Part shown: positions 8,906 to 17,392 of the stretch, piece by piece
Layout: every line of letters starts with the position of its first letter
How positions within the stretch are numbered: position 1 is the stretch's first letter
Origin: Rickettsiales bacterium
Lineage (GTDB): Bacteria; Pseudomonadota; Alphaproteobacteria; Rickettsiales; UBA1997
Direction: 5' to 3'
Assembly (NCBI GenBank): GCA_047404215.1
Contig: JBDOIV010000038.1
Coordinates: 2,220 to 66,219, forward strand
Length of the DNA: 64,000 nt
Notes under the pieces: model-generated
Databases searched by the model: none
The model's input: the letters and a program-made list of their open reading frames with translations, nothing else
What the model was told of the DNA's origin: nothing
Made by a program: the position numbers and the translations under genes

Positions 8906-9862
8906 TTACAGATAAAATTGATTTAAAACTTTTGTTACTTTTTTATCTTTTGAGCTCATCAACAAGGTGTTTATTGTAACTTTGCCCGGCTCTTTTTTAA
9001 CGCCATCAAGCATGTCTCCATCGGTGACACCGCTACAGACAAACAAAACATCGCCTTTGGCCATCTCTTCAGCGCTATATTTCTTATCTAAATCTGTAAT
9101 TCCCATTTTTTTGGCTCGATCAATCTGCTTTTGATTATCGTTGAAAATCAAGCGACCCTGCATCTGGCCACCGATTGTTTTAAGAGCGGCTGCTGCTAGA
9201 ACACCTTCTGGGGCGCCGCCAGTTCCAACATACATATCAATCCCAGAGCTACCATCAACACAAGAAACTACGCCAGCAACGTCACCATCAGTGATTAAGC
9301 TAACTTTAGCTCCGGCTTTACGATGGTCGTTAATCAAGTCTTGATGACGATCGCGATCCAAAATTAATACTTTTAAATCGGAAATAGCGCAATTTTTAGC
9401 TTTTGCCAAGCTTTGTAAATTTTCTTCGGCACTATTGTCTAAATCAACGACACCAGCTGGTAAGTCAGGGCCAACTGCGATTTTTTGCATGTAAACATCA
9501 GGCGCATGCAAGAAGTTACCAGCTTCGGCAATGGCAATTACCGCCAAGGATCCTCTAGTGCCGTCAGCGCAAATAGTTGTGCCTTCTAGCGGGTCAAGAG
9601 CGATATCGACCTTAGGACCATTTTGTTTCAATCCGACTTCTTCACCAATGAATAGCATTGGCGCTTCATCTCTTTCGCCTTCGCCAATAACAACTGTGCC
9701 ATCAATATCGATTTCATTTAATGTTTTGCGCATTGATTCGACTGCTGCTGCGTCAGCGGCCATGCTATCACCTTTACCAATCCAGTCGTAACAAGCGATT
9801 GCTGCTTGTTCTGCGGTTTTTACTATGTCAAAAGAGATATCGGTAAGGGATGATTTCGTCAT
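8906..9862 (-). CDS. glpX: Fructose-1,6-bisphosphatase class II (GlpX)
   Basis: 318 aa with GlpX-type blocks (DPLEGTT, GGAPEGV and others) across the full length. Confidence 0.93.
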   Translation of the reverse strand: MTKSSLTDISFDIVKTAEQAAIACYDWIGKGDSMAADAAAVESMRKTLNEIDIDGTVVIGEGERDEAPMLFIGEEVGLKQNGPKVDIALDPLEGTTICADGTRGSLAVIAIAEAGNFLHAPDVYMQKIAVGPDLPAGVVDLDNSAEENLQSLAKAKNCAISDLKVLILDRDRHQDLINDHRKAGAKVSLITDGDVAGVVSCVDGSSGIDMYVGTGGAPEGVLAAAALKTIGGQMQGRLIFNDNQKQIDRAKKMGITDLDKKYSAEEMAKGDVLFVCSGVTDGDMLDGVKKEPGKVTINTLLMSSKDKKVTKVLNQFYL

Positions 9863-10053
9863 TTTTATATTTTTATTTATTAATTAATATTATAATTATT
9901 GTATTCTATTTCTATTATTTCAAAATATCAATAAAATTCAAGTAAATAATTACCATTAAATAGTGCGTAGAGAGTCTAAAGCTTTGAAAATGGCATAATA
10001 TCTACCAAGGAGCAATAGTGAAAAATTAAAAATACAGGAAGATAAGTTAAGAA

Positions 10054-10245
10054 TTAGCTAGAAAGCTTTTTCTCTTTAAATTCAACATGCTTTCTGGCTC
10101 TTGGATCATACTTTCTGAAAGACATTTTCTCTTGCTTTTGCTTAGGGTTTCTGCGCGCAAGGTAGAAATAGCCAGTACCAGCAGTACTTTCCATTTTGAA
10201 TAGAATTGAACTTCTTTTAGATTTTGATGGTTTTTTAGCAGCCAT
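10054..10245 (-). CDS. rpmG: 50S ribosomal protein L33
   Basis: 63 aa; STAGTGYFY...RKYDPRARKHVEFKE is a typical L33 sequence. Confidence 0.9.
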   Translation of the reverse strand: MAAKKPSKSKRSSILFKMESTAGTGYFYLARRNPKQKQEKMSFRKYDPRARKHVEFKEKKLSS

Positions 10246-10317
10246 TTTTGTTTAAAATTAATTATTATTCTTACATTATACATCACCAAAATTTAAATTT
10301 CAAGAGAATTTTTCAAC

Positions 10318-10475
10318 AAAAGTGGCAGCTTTTGTTGAAAAATGGGGATCCCCACAAGGTGGGGCGCGCCACGTGGCGCGTAAAAAACATAAACAAAAGT
10401 GGTAGCTTTTGCTAGAAGTTAAAAAGTGGTAGCTTTTGCTAGAAGTTAAAAAGTGTTAGCTTTTATTGAAAAGTG
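10318..10475. repeat. 27-bp hairpin-containing repeat: one copy at 10318-10344, then three tandem copies at 10395-10475
   Basis: aaaagtggtagcttttgctagaagtta appears twice exactly, followed by a degenerate third copy. Each unit carries the hairpin caaaag-tggtag-cttttg. Confidence 0.85.
10344..10380. repeat. GC-rich palindrome cluster interrupting the 27-bp repeat array
   Basis: ggggatcccc, ccccac-aag-gtgggg and the perfect 16-bp palindrome cgcgccacgtggcgcg lie back to back. Confidence 0.85.
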
Positions 10476-10555
10476 AAGCTTGTTCTCTTGTGTCAGTTGC
10501 TAGGGGTCCGCGTTTTTAGGGGGCGGCTGACAGTTCAGTCGTGTAAAGAAAAAAT

Positions 10556-11080
10556 TTAAGCCTCACTAAGTTTTTTCTCGCCTTTAAAGCCAGCAGCAAC
10601 ACCAGTTCTAGAAACTCCTTCTAAGCCTAAAACTGAGAATTTTTGCAATATCTCGTCGATATTTTCTGAGGTACCAACAATTTCAAATACTACTGAGTCG
10701 CCAGTAATATCAACGATGTTGGTGCGGTATTTATCAGCTATTTTTAAAGCCTCTTCGCGCTTTTCTTCATCTCCGATGATTTTAACTAGCGCCAGCTCTC
10801 TTTCAACATAACCAAATTCTTTAGTTAGTTCGACAGCGCGATGGACTGGAACTATTCTATTTAGTAATTTACAGATCAAATCAACAGTTTTGGAGCTGCC
10901 ATAGGTTGTAATGGTAACTCTGGAGAGTTTTTTATCTTCCGAGATAGGTGCTACATTTAAAGACTCGATATTATAACCTCGAGCAGAAAATAGCTCAACA
11001 ATTCTCGCTAGGGCGCCAAATTCGTTATCAACCAAGATGGCAATTACATGTTTTTTTACGATATCAGACATATTTATCAA
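10556..11080 (-). CDS. ilvN: Acetolactate synthase small (regulatory) subunit
   Basis: 174 aa with an ACT-domain N-terminus (VDNEFGALARIVELFSARGYNIESL), located directly downstream of the large subunit. Confidence 0.9.
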   Translation of the reverse strand: MINMSDIVKKHVIAILVDNEFGALARIVELFSARGYNIESLNVAPISEDKKLSRVTITTYGSSKTVDLICKLLNRIVPVHRAVELTKEFGYVERELALVKIIGDEEKREEALKIADKYRTNIVDITGDSVVFEIVGTSENIDEILQKFSVLGLEGVSRTGVAAGFKGEKKLSEA

Positions 11081-11082
11081 AT

Positions 11083-12864
11083 TTATACTGAATTAATATC
11101 CTTTTGGACATACTCTTTTGCTTGTGAACCAAGTAAAATTTCGTTATGAGCAGCTCCAGCAGGGATCATTGGGAAAACGTTCTCCGCTTTGTCAACCAAG
11201 CAATTGAATAAAACAGGGCCGTCATGATCGATCATTTCCTGGATTTTAACTTCTAGTTCGCTGGCTTTATCACAAGTAATACCTTTGATGTCAAAAGTTT
11301 CGGCTAATTTCATAAAATCAGGTAATGATTCCATGTAAGACTGACTCTCGCGCTTTTCATATACTAACTCTTGCCACTGACGAACCATGCCCATATATCT
11401 ATTATTTACGATAAATATCTTAATCGGTAGATTATATTGGCGGATGGTGCTAAGTTCTTGCATATTCATTAAAAACGAGGCATCGCCACTGACACAAATT
11501 ACCAAGTCGTCCGGGTTAGCAACTTGAGCCCCCATAGCGGCTGGTACGCCGTAACCCATAGTGCCAAGGCCACCAGAAGTTAGCCATTTTTTTGGCTGAT
11601 CAAATTGCATATATTGCGCTGTCCACATTTGATGCTGTCCAACGTCAGTTGAAACGTAAGGTTTTTGTGATTTAGATGCCTTATTTAAAGTTTCTAGAGC
11701 GTATTCAGGCTTAATAATATCGTTTTCTGAATCTTTATAGGATAGCGACTTGACATCCTTCCACTTTTGTAGCTGTTGCCACCAATCCTGGTTATCTTCC
11801 TTGGAAATACTGATATTTTGATCTTTAAGTTCAGCGATGATTGCCCTTAAAGCGTTCTTGGCATCGCTAATAATTGATAAATCAACGTTGATAATCTTGT
11901 CAATCGATACGTCGTCAATATCAATATGAATTTTTTTAGAATTAGGTGCAAAAGCGTCAACTCTACCAGTTACTCGGTCATCAAATCGAGCGCCAATGTT
12001 AATCAAAAGATCACATTGATGCATAGCCATATTGGACTCATAGGTGCCATGCATACCAACCATGCCAAGGAATCTATCGTCATGGGCGTCAAAACCTCCT
12101 AGACCCATCAAGGTATTGGTAACGGGGGAGTTAATGGTATCAACAAGTTCTTTTAGCAAAACTCTAGCTTCCTCTCCGGAGTTAACAATACCACCGCCAG
12201 TGTAAATTAAAGGTTTTTTCGCTTCTTTGATTAAATTTACCGCTGCAGCAATCTTTTTGTGGTCAATTTCGCTGCTGAATTTTTTGATTTGGTAAGAAGG
12301 GCGGTCAATTTCGATTTTACCATGATATTCCGTCTTGTTATTTTGTACATCCTTAGGGATGTCGATCAACACGGGGCCAGGGCGACCTGTTTTAGCGATA
12401 TGGAATGCTTCATGAATAGCGTAAGCTAAGTCTTTGACATCGGTAACTAAGTAGTTGTGCTTAGTGCAAGATCTGGTGAGGCCAGTAACGTCGGCTTCTT
12501 GAAAGGCATCGGTACCAATCAGGCCAGAAGGAACTTGTCCAGAAAAACAAATTACCGGAATTGAATCCATATAAGCATCAGTAAGACCAGTGATTGCATT
12601 AGTAGCGCCGGGTCCAGAGGTAACTGTCATAATACCAACCTTACCAGTAGATCTGGCATAGCCTTCGGCGGCGTGGGAGGCTGCTTGTTCGTGACGGGTC
12701 AAGATGTGCTTAATATCATCTTGCAAGTATAAAGCGTCGTAGAAAGGTAGGATCGCCCCTCCTGGGTAGCCAAAAATATCAGTTACACCTTCATTTTTAA
12801 GGCATTGCAGTATTATTTCAGCACCGCTAAATAGTTTTTTATTGTTAAGCTTGTTTTCGCTCAT
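11083..12864 (-). CDS. ilvB: Acetolactate synthase large (catalytic) subunit, biosynthetic type
   Basis: 593 aa; ThDP-binding GGLGTMGYGVPAAMGA...SGDASFLMN, with full-length AHAS similarity. Confidence 0.95.
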   Translation of the reverse strand: MSENKLNNKKLFSGAEIILQCLKNEGVTDIFGYPGGAILPFYDALYLQDDIKHILTRHEQAASHAAEGYARSTGKVGIMTVTSGPGATNAITGLTDAYMDSIPVICFSGQVPSGLIGTDAFQEADVTGLTRSCTKHNYLVTDVKDLAYAIHEAFHIAKTGRPGPVLIDIPKDVQNNKTEYHGKIEIDRPSYQIKKFSSEIDHKKIAAAVNLIKEAKKPLIYTGGGIVNSGEEARVLLKELVDTINSPVTNTLMGLGGFDAHDDRFLGMVGMHGTYESNMAMHQCDLLINIGARFDDRVTGRVDAFAPNSKKIHIDIDDVSIDKIINVDLSIISDAKNALRAIIAELKDQNISISKEDNQDWWQQLQKWKDVKSLSYKDSENDIIKPEYALETLNKASKSQKPYVSTDVGQHQMWTAQYMQFDQPKKWLTSGGLGTMGYGVPAAMGAQVANPDDLVICVSGDASFLMNMQELSTIRQYNLPIKIFIVNNRYMGMVRQWQELVYEKRESQSYMESLPDFMKLAETFDIKGITCDKASELEVKIQEMIDHDGPVLFNCLVDKAENVFPMIPAGAAHNEILLGSQAKEYVQKDINSV

Positions 12865-13027
12865 AATCTTTTGATCAAATATTTAATTGCAATAATTATA
12901 TTTTAGTAAATTTATAGTTTTTTTTCAAGTAAAATCTTGCTTTTTTCATAAAAAATTGAAAAAATAGCTAATTTTACCAGTTTTTAGTCAAAAATACCTA
13001 GAAAATCAAATATTTTTTTATTAAACA

Positions 13028-13056
13028 TTGACAGAAAGTTTTTTATATGGTATCAT
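13028..13056 (+). promoter_or_regulatory. sigma70-type promoter with extended -10 for fabZ-lpxA-dnaQ
   Basis: TTGACA, 17-nt spacer, TGgTATCAT, 29 nt upstream of the fabZ ATG. Confidence 0.5.
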
Positions 13057-13084
13057 ATTATAACCTAGTAATTAATGATTTAAA

Positions 13085-13558
13085 ATGACTACGCAAACGA
13101 CGGAAAACAAATTGATTAAAATCGACAAAATTCTTAAATATCTTCCACATAGATATCCCTTTTTATTGATCGATAAGGTGGAAATTGTTGAGAATTATAA
13201 AAAAGCCATCGGTTATAAAAATGTTACCATGAACGAGCCACAATTTACTGGCCATTTTCCTGAAAATCCAATCATGCCAGGAGTTTTGATTGTTGAAGCC
13301 ATGGCGCAGACTGCGGCTGTTTTGATTATGGGATCAGAAGAGGGTGAAAAAGGCTGCGTTAAAGAGAAAAATGTTTTATTTATGTCAATTGACAATACTA
13401 AGTTTAGAAAGCCTGTCATTCCTGGAGATCAGCTGGCTTTAGAAGTTGAAGCGTTGCAAGGTAGAATGAATGTATGGAAAATGAGATCAATTGCTACAGT
13501 CGACGGTGTTAAGGTTGCTGAATCACAGTTCTCGGCAATGATTGTTGAAAAAAAATAA
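13085..13558 (+). CDS. fabZ: 3-hydroxyacyl-ACP dehydratase FabZ
   Basis: HRYPFLLIDKV and HFPENPIMPGVLIVEAMAQ motifs. Confidence 0.95.
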   Translation: MTTQTTENKLIKIDKILKYLPHRYPFLLIDKVEIVENYKKAIGYKNVTMNEPQFTGHFPENPIMPGVLIVEAMAQTAAVLIMGSEEGEKGCVKEKNVLFMSIDNTKFRKPVIPGDQLALEVEALQGRMNVWKMRSIATVDGVKVAESQFSAMIVEKK

Positions 13559-13564
13559 ATCAAA

Positions 13565-14356
13565 ATGTCTAATATTCACCCTACAGCAGTAATTTCGGAT
13601 GATGCTAAAATAGCCGCAGATGTTACCATAGGGCCATTTTGTGTCATCGGTGGCGAGGTTGAGATAGGGTCAGGAACGCAAATTTCTTCCCATGTAGTAA
13701 TTGAAGGTAAGACCAAGATCGGTGAAAATAATAAAATTTTCCCTTTTGCTATTATGGGTGTTGTACCTCAGGATTTAAAGTTCAAAGGAGAAGAGGCGAG
13801 ACTTGAAATTGGCGACAGCAACACGATTCGTGAATATTGCAACTTCCACCTAGGTACTGAAGATGGTGGTATGCTAACCAAAATCGGTAGTAACAACCTG
13901 TTCATGGTCGGAGTTCATATTGCTCACGATTGTATTATTGGTGATAATATTATTATGGCAAATCATGCTACAATGGCAGGTCATGTCGAGGTGCAAGATG
14001 ATGTTGTGATTGGTGGTTTAGCCGCGGTTCATCAATTTGCAAGAGTTGGAAAAGGGGCGATGGTCGGTGGATTGTCGGCTGTGGTTAGTGATATAGTACC
14101 TTTTGCTACTGTATCAGGAGAAAGAGCTAATATCGCGGGTCTTAACTTGGTAGGGGTAAAAAGAAAGGGTTATTCTAAAGATCAAATTAATGACTTACGC
14201 GCTTATTTTAAGGATGTCTTTCAGTCTGAAAATGAGTTATCGTTCGTTAAAAAAATTGCAGAATTTTCAAAAGATAAAGATTCTGATCTAGTAACGCAAA
14301 TTGTAGAGTTTGTTAATACTGAGAGCTCTCGTCAATTTACGCAAATGAAAAAATAA
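13565..14356 (+). CDS. lpxA: Acyl-ACP--UDP-GlcNAc O-acyltransferase LpxA
   Basis: Hexapeptide-repeat N-terminal domain starting IHPTAVI, with an LpxA-type helical C-terminus. Confidence 0.95.
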   Translation: MSNIHPTAVISDDAKIAADVTIGPFCVIGGEVEIGSGTQISSHVVIEGKTKIGENNKIFPFAIMGVVPQDLKFKGEEARLEIGDSNTIREYCNFHLGTEDGGMLTKIGSNNLFMVGVHIAHDCIIGDNIIMANHATMAGHVEVQDDVVIGGLAAVHQFARVGKGAMVGGLSAVVSDIVPFATVSGERANIAGLNLVGVKRKGYSKDQINDLRAYFKDVFQSENELSFVKKIAEFSKDKDSDLVTQIVEFVNTESSRQFTQMKK

Positions 14357-15039
14357 TGAGAGAAATCTGTCTTGATACTGAAACTACTGGCTTAAGTCCT
14401 AATGAGGGTCATAAAATAGTTGAGATTGGTTGTGTCGAAATGATAGATAAGGTTAAAACCGGGAATAATTTTCACGAATATATAAACCCAAGAAGAAGTA
14501 TGCCAGAGGGCGCTTTTCGAGTGCATGGAATTTCAGAAGAGTTTCTGGCGGATAAGCCTATTTTTGCTCATGTGAGTGAAAAATTTCTAAATTATATCAA
14601 GGGGGCTAAGTTAATTATTCATAACGCTAAGTTTGATATGAAGTTTTTGAATTTTGAGCTTGAACTAATAGGTAGCGAACCATTGTCATTTGATAATGTA
14701 GTGGATACCTTGGTCGTTGCAAGAAATAAGTTCCCAGGTGCCAAAAACTCTCTAGATGCATTATGTAAGAGGTTTGAAATTGATTTAGGCAAAAGAACTC
14801 TTCACGGAGCTTTGCTTGACTCTGAATTGCTGGCCGATGTATATGTTGAATTAATGGGTGGGGCGCAAAAAGGCTTCAAGCTTGAAAGTGATAATGATAA
14901 AGCGAATGATAACTTGCTAAACAGTCAGGAAAAGAAAGTTGTAATACCAAGCAGAAATTTTAATCTTGATCCAGATATAGTAGCTAAGCATAAAGATTTT
15001 GTTACTAAGAATTTTAAAGATAGCCAGTGGGGCTATTAA
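14356..15039 (+). CDS. dnaQ: DNA polymerase III epsilon subunit (3'-5' exonuclease)
   Basis: Exo motifs LDTETTGL, HNAKFDMKFL and HGALLDSELLADVY. Confidence 0.9.
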   Translation: MREICLDTETTGLSPNEGHKIVEIGCVEMIDKVKTGNNFHEYINPRRSMPEGAFRVHGISEEFLADKPIFAHVSEKFLNYIKGAKLIIHNAKFDMKFLNFELELIGSEPLSFDNVVDTLVVARNKFPGAKNSLDALCKRFEIDLGKRTLHGALLDSELLADVYVELMGGAQKGFKLESDNDKANDNLLNSQEKKVVIPSRNFNLDPDIVAKHKDFVTKNFKDSQWGY

Positions 15040-15076
15040 AGTAAGAAGTTAAACTAATAATATTAAATCTTAATTA

Positions 15077-17392
15077 TTGTCACCGCCAATGATAAGGTTC
15101 AAGCCGATCCTAACCTCTGAGTTAGAGCAATTCATTATCGATCTCAAAAGTAATAGCTTTCCAATATGCTGCGCATTTTTTATTGCTACATGTTCTTTTT
15201 TGGTATATAATAATTCTCAAAGTAGCTTTTCAAGTAGTGCTATTTTTTATTGTTTGATCTCCCTGTTGTTTGCGGTATTGCTTTATGTTGTTAATAAAAA
15301 TTTTTTAACAAAGATAGTTTTATGTGTTATTTGCGCCGCTTTATTTGCCATGATATTTTTATCTCATCATAATAATTATCAAAAAATTCAAGGTAATCTT
15401 TTTGCTAATATCTCAGGGGAGATTATTGATTATCACAAAATAGATCGCTCCAGATCTAAACGCTTTAATTATAGGGTGATATTAAAAAATATCGAAATTA
15501 CAAAGCCTATTTATAATAAGAAGAAAAAAAATACCAGCAAAAAGAAAGTGGTAAGCTCTAGATATGTCACGAATAATTATCAAAATTTGAAAAATTACTC
15601 GGACATAGACTCAAAACATGTCGATGAGAGGGGTAAGTATTATAATCCAAAATGGAGTGAGGTTAGTGGCAAGTATTTTTTTGATAAGCCGGCGAAATAT
15701 ATACAGGTTTTTCTGAAGTCCGATGAAGATTTATCTGTTGGTGATATAATTAAAGCTGATGCAATGATCGCGGAGCATCAATCTAAGAGTTTTTTTAGGC
15801 AATATGATCATTCTTTCTATCTGTTAGCTAATTCGATAGCTAACAACGCATATGCAACAAAGAAGGTGGAGCTATTGAGTTACAGCAAGGATGGTGTCCA
15901 TATCAATAGCACCGGCTATTTTGCTAAATTGAGGAAGGGTATTTTTAATAAAATATATCAATTGCAATCGCAGCAGGAAAATTCTGCCGTAATAGAGGCT
16001 TTGCTATTAGGAAATAAGAAAAATATTGATTCGTCTTATTACAAAGTTATTAAGGATTCGGGACTTGCTCATTTAGTATCTATTTCCGGTCTTCACATGA
16101 GTCTTGCCGCAGGGATATTTTTTATTCTATTTCGATTTGTATTATCAAGGTCTGAATATTTGCTACTAAGGTGGGATGTGAAAAAAATTTCAGCTATATT
16201 ATCGATTTTCGCTGCTTATGTATATTTAAATATTGCCAATATGCCAATATCTGCGATCAGGGCTTTTTTAGCAATCTCGTTTTTTATGATAGCAATATTG
16301 CTGGATAGAAAAATATCAGCATTGAGAATGGTCTTTTTAGCTGCGCTGATAATTGTAATTATTAATCCATTCTATGTTTTTTTTATTGGCTATCAACTGT
16401 CATTTTCATCGGTTATTGCTATTATCTGTACAAGAAAATTCGCCATTTATTTGTTTCAGGAAAGATTTTCTCAGTTCTTCCAAAGCAAAACCACTGTCGC
16501 TAACTTTAGTAAATATTTTCTTGAAGTAGTAATGATTTCATTGGCGACGCAGATTTTCACTCTACCATTTCTAATTTATCACTTTGGCAATTTTCCACTA
16601 TATAGTATTGTTTCTAATATTTCTGCCATCCCAATTGTAAGTTTTGTTACGATGCCAATTGGCTTTATCTCGCTTTTTTTAATGATTTTCGATTGTCATG
16701 AGTTTGCACTTATTGCGATGTCAAAGTCAATAGATTTGATATTTTTCATAGCATCTAGCGTCACCAAGATAAAACATAGTGTTGTTGATTATGATTATTA
16801 TATACAGAGTCATATTATGATTATAATAGTAATTTTATTATTGATTTTTAGCATCTTTTCATCCCACTATATTAAGATTATTACGATTGCAGTTGTAGCA
16901 ATCCTAATTATTAAGGTCGATAAAGAAAATAACTATCCTAATATTTTAATAGATTCGAAAGGTTCACACCTTGCTTTATTTGATCGAGACAACGGCTTGT
17001 TGTTTCCAAGAAAAGTGAGAAGTTCGAAGAGGGTTAACTTGTGGCTGGATAAACTGCCAAATAGATATCGAGATAGCGCTAGTTTAAATTCAAAAAAAAG
17101 CAAAGGCTTAGATTGTGATAAAAGATCATGTGTAGTAGACTTAGCAGAATATTTTAACAATAGCGGTTTAATGGGTAAGAAGCTATTGTCAGTACATGGT
17201 AGATATCAAGTATCACAAATATGCAATCAAAGATATGATATCGTAATTAATCTAACTAGAAAGTATGAATTAGCAGATTGCTTAATAGATGATAATATAG
17301 TTATAGACAATTCGTCAATACTAGACAAAGGTGGGCATTATATCTTTATCGACAAAGGGGGTAAAATGACGATATACTACTCTAAAAGTTAG
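15077..17392 (+). CDS. comEC: ComEC/Rec2 family competence channel protein
   Basis: Polytopic membrane protein with GLAHLVSISGLHMS. TTG start at 15077, or ATG at 15089. Confidence 0.85.
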   Translation: MSPPMIRFKPILTSELEQFIIDLKSNSFPICCAFFIATCSFLVYNNSQSSFSSSAIFYCLISLLFAVLLYVVNKNFLTKIVLCVICAALFAMIFLSHHNNYQKIQGNLFANISGEIIDYHKIDRSRSKRFNYRVILKNIEITKPIYNKKKKNTSKKKVVSSRYVTNNYQNLKNYSDIDSKHVDERGKYYNPKWSEVSGKYFFDKPAKYIQVFLKSDEDLSVGDIIKADAMIAEHQSKSFFRQYDHSFYLLANSIANNAYATKKVELLSYSKDGVHINSTGYFAKLRKGIFNKIYQLQSQQENSAVIEALLLGNKKNIDSSYYKVIKDSGLAHLVSISGLHMSLAAGIFFILFRFVLSRSEYLLLRWDVKKISAILSIFAAYVYLNIANMPISAIRAFLAISFFMIAILLDRKISALRMVFLAALIIVIINPFYVFFIGYQLSFSSVIAIICTRKFAIYLFQERFSQFFQSKTTVANFSKYFLEVVMISLATQIFTLPFLIYHFGNFPLYSIVSNISAIPIVSFVTMPIGFISLFLMIFDCHEFALIAMSKSIDLIFFIASSVTKIKHSVVDYDYYIQSHIMIIIVILLLIFSIFSSHYIKIITIAVVAILIIKVDKENNYPNILIDSKGSHLALFDRDNGLLFPRKVRSSKRVNLWLDKLPNRYRDSASLNSKKSKGLDCDKRSCVVDLAEYFNNSGLMGKKLLSVHGRYQVSQICNQRYDIVINLTRKYELADCLIDDNIVIDNSSILDKGGHYIFIDKGGKMTIYYSKS

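Noticed and set aside
10047-10289. 80-aa ORF overlapping rpmG in another frame
   Set aside because: The 63-aa frame gives a textbook L33 sequence. The alternative frame has no recognisable features.
10344-10380. Cloning-vector polylinker or contamination (GGATCC, GGCGCGCC, CACGTG here; CCGCGG, GTCGAC, GCGGCCGC at 44598-44647)
   Set aside because: The palindromes overlap one another rather than being arranged like a polylinker. No vector backbone sequence flanks them, and they sit within native repeats and spacers. GC-rich palindromic selfish elements are the more economical explanation, though a check against raw reads is still advisable.
10395-10475. Possible CRISPR array
   Set aside because: The 27-bp units are directly adjacent with no unique spacers, there are only about 3 copies, and no cas genes lie anywhere in the window.
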